Source: an uncultured Phycisphaerales bacterium
GTDB lineage: Bacteria; Planctomycetota; Phycisphaerae; Phycisphaerales; SM1A02
Direction of reading: 5' to 3'
Assembly (NCBI GenBank): GCA_938084645.1
Contig: CALKEP010000011.1
Location: 33,041-97,040, forward strand
DNA length: 64,000 nt
The first letter of the stretch is position 1. The number at the start of each line of letters is the position of its first letter. The position numbers and the translations under genes were made by a program. Below are positions 63,824 through 64,000 of the stretch, piece by piece. The notes under the pieces are model-generated. The model worked only from the letters and a program-made list of their open reading frames with translations. It was not told where the DNA came from and ran no database searches.

Positions 63824-64000
63824 GCGTCGACCGATCGCGGGAAAGCCAGGCGGCCCGAACGGGCTGCCGCATTGTTCGAATCGAATCCGGCTTGCGCGGC
63901 CTCGCCGCGTCGACCGATCGCGGGAAAGCCAGGCGGCCCGAACGGGCTGCCGCATTGTTCGAATCGAATCCGGCTTGCGCGGCCTCGCCGCGCCGACCGA
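63824..64000. repeat. 83-bp tandem repeat, two identical copies plus the start of a third, cut by the window end
   Basis: Units start at 63824, 63907 and 63990; the third has one T>C difference in the 11 bases visible. Confidence 0.95.

Noticed and set aside
63824..64000. CRISPR array
   Set aside because: Units are identical along their whole length with no variable spacers, and there are no cas genes in the window.

Overview
GC-rich bacterial chromosome segment, most likely from Planctomycetota (Phycisphaerae-like). This is inferred from dockerin-tailed FG-GAP and S8 proteins, CxxCGY..CPECG membrane proteins, an RRM protein and a PEP-CTERM-like protein. About 50 mostly housekeeping or metabolic CDSs are present: a dispersed methylcitrate cycle (prpB/prpC/prpD), hbd, thiolase, fbp, hisS, mqnB, ahcY with a SahR-type regulator, a sugar ABC operon with galM, a pilMNO-X-pilB cluster, nrdJ, a UvrD/PcrA helicase, sthA and a prolyl oligopeptidase. 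No rRNA, tRNA, CRISPR or mobile element was seen. The most notable observations: (1) nrdJ lies between two long hairpin-dense non-coding tracts, with tandem NrdR boxes and a candidate promoter about 0.95 kb upstream, implying a very long structured leader; (2) the B12 mutase carries isobutyryl-CoA mutase residues, and its cobalamin-binding domain is fused to a MeaB-type GTPase about 32 kb away (a 'split IcmF'); (3) an unannotated 52-aa membrane peptide duplicates the RBS and first TM helix of the adjacent Ser/Thr kinase; (4) an uncharacterised HTH protein faces a PEP-CTERM-like gene across three helically phased palindromes, followed by an 83-bp structured tandem repeat; (5) a perfect operator-like palindrome sits at the ahcY promoter. 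All calls come from reading motifs by eye; no database search was run.
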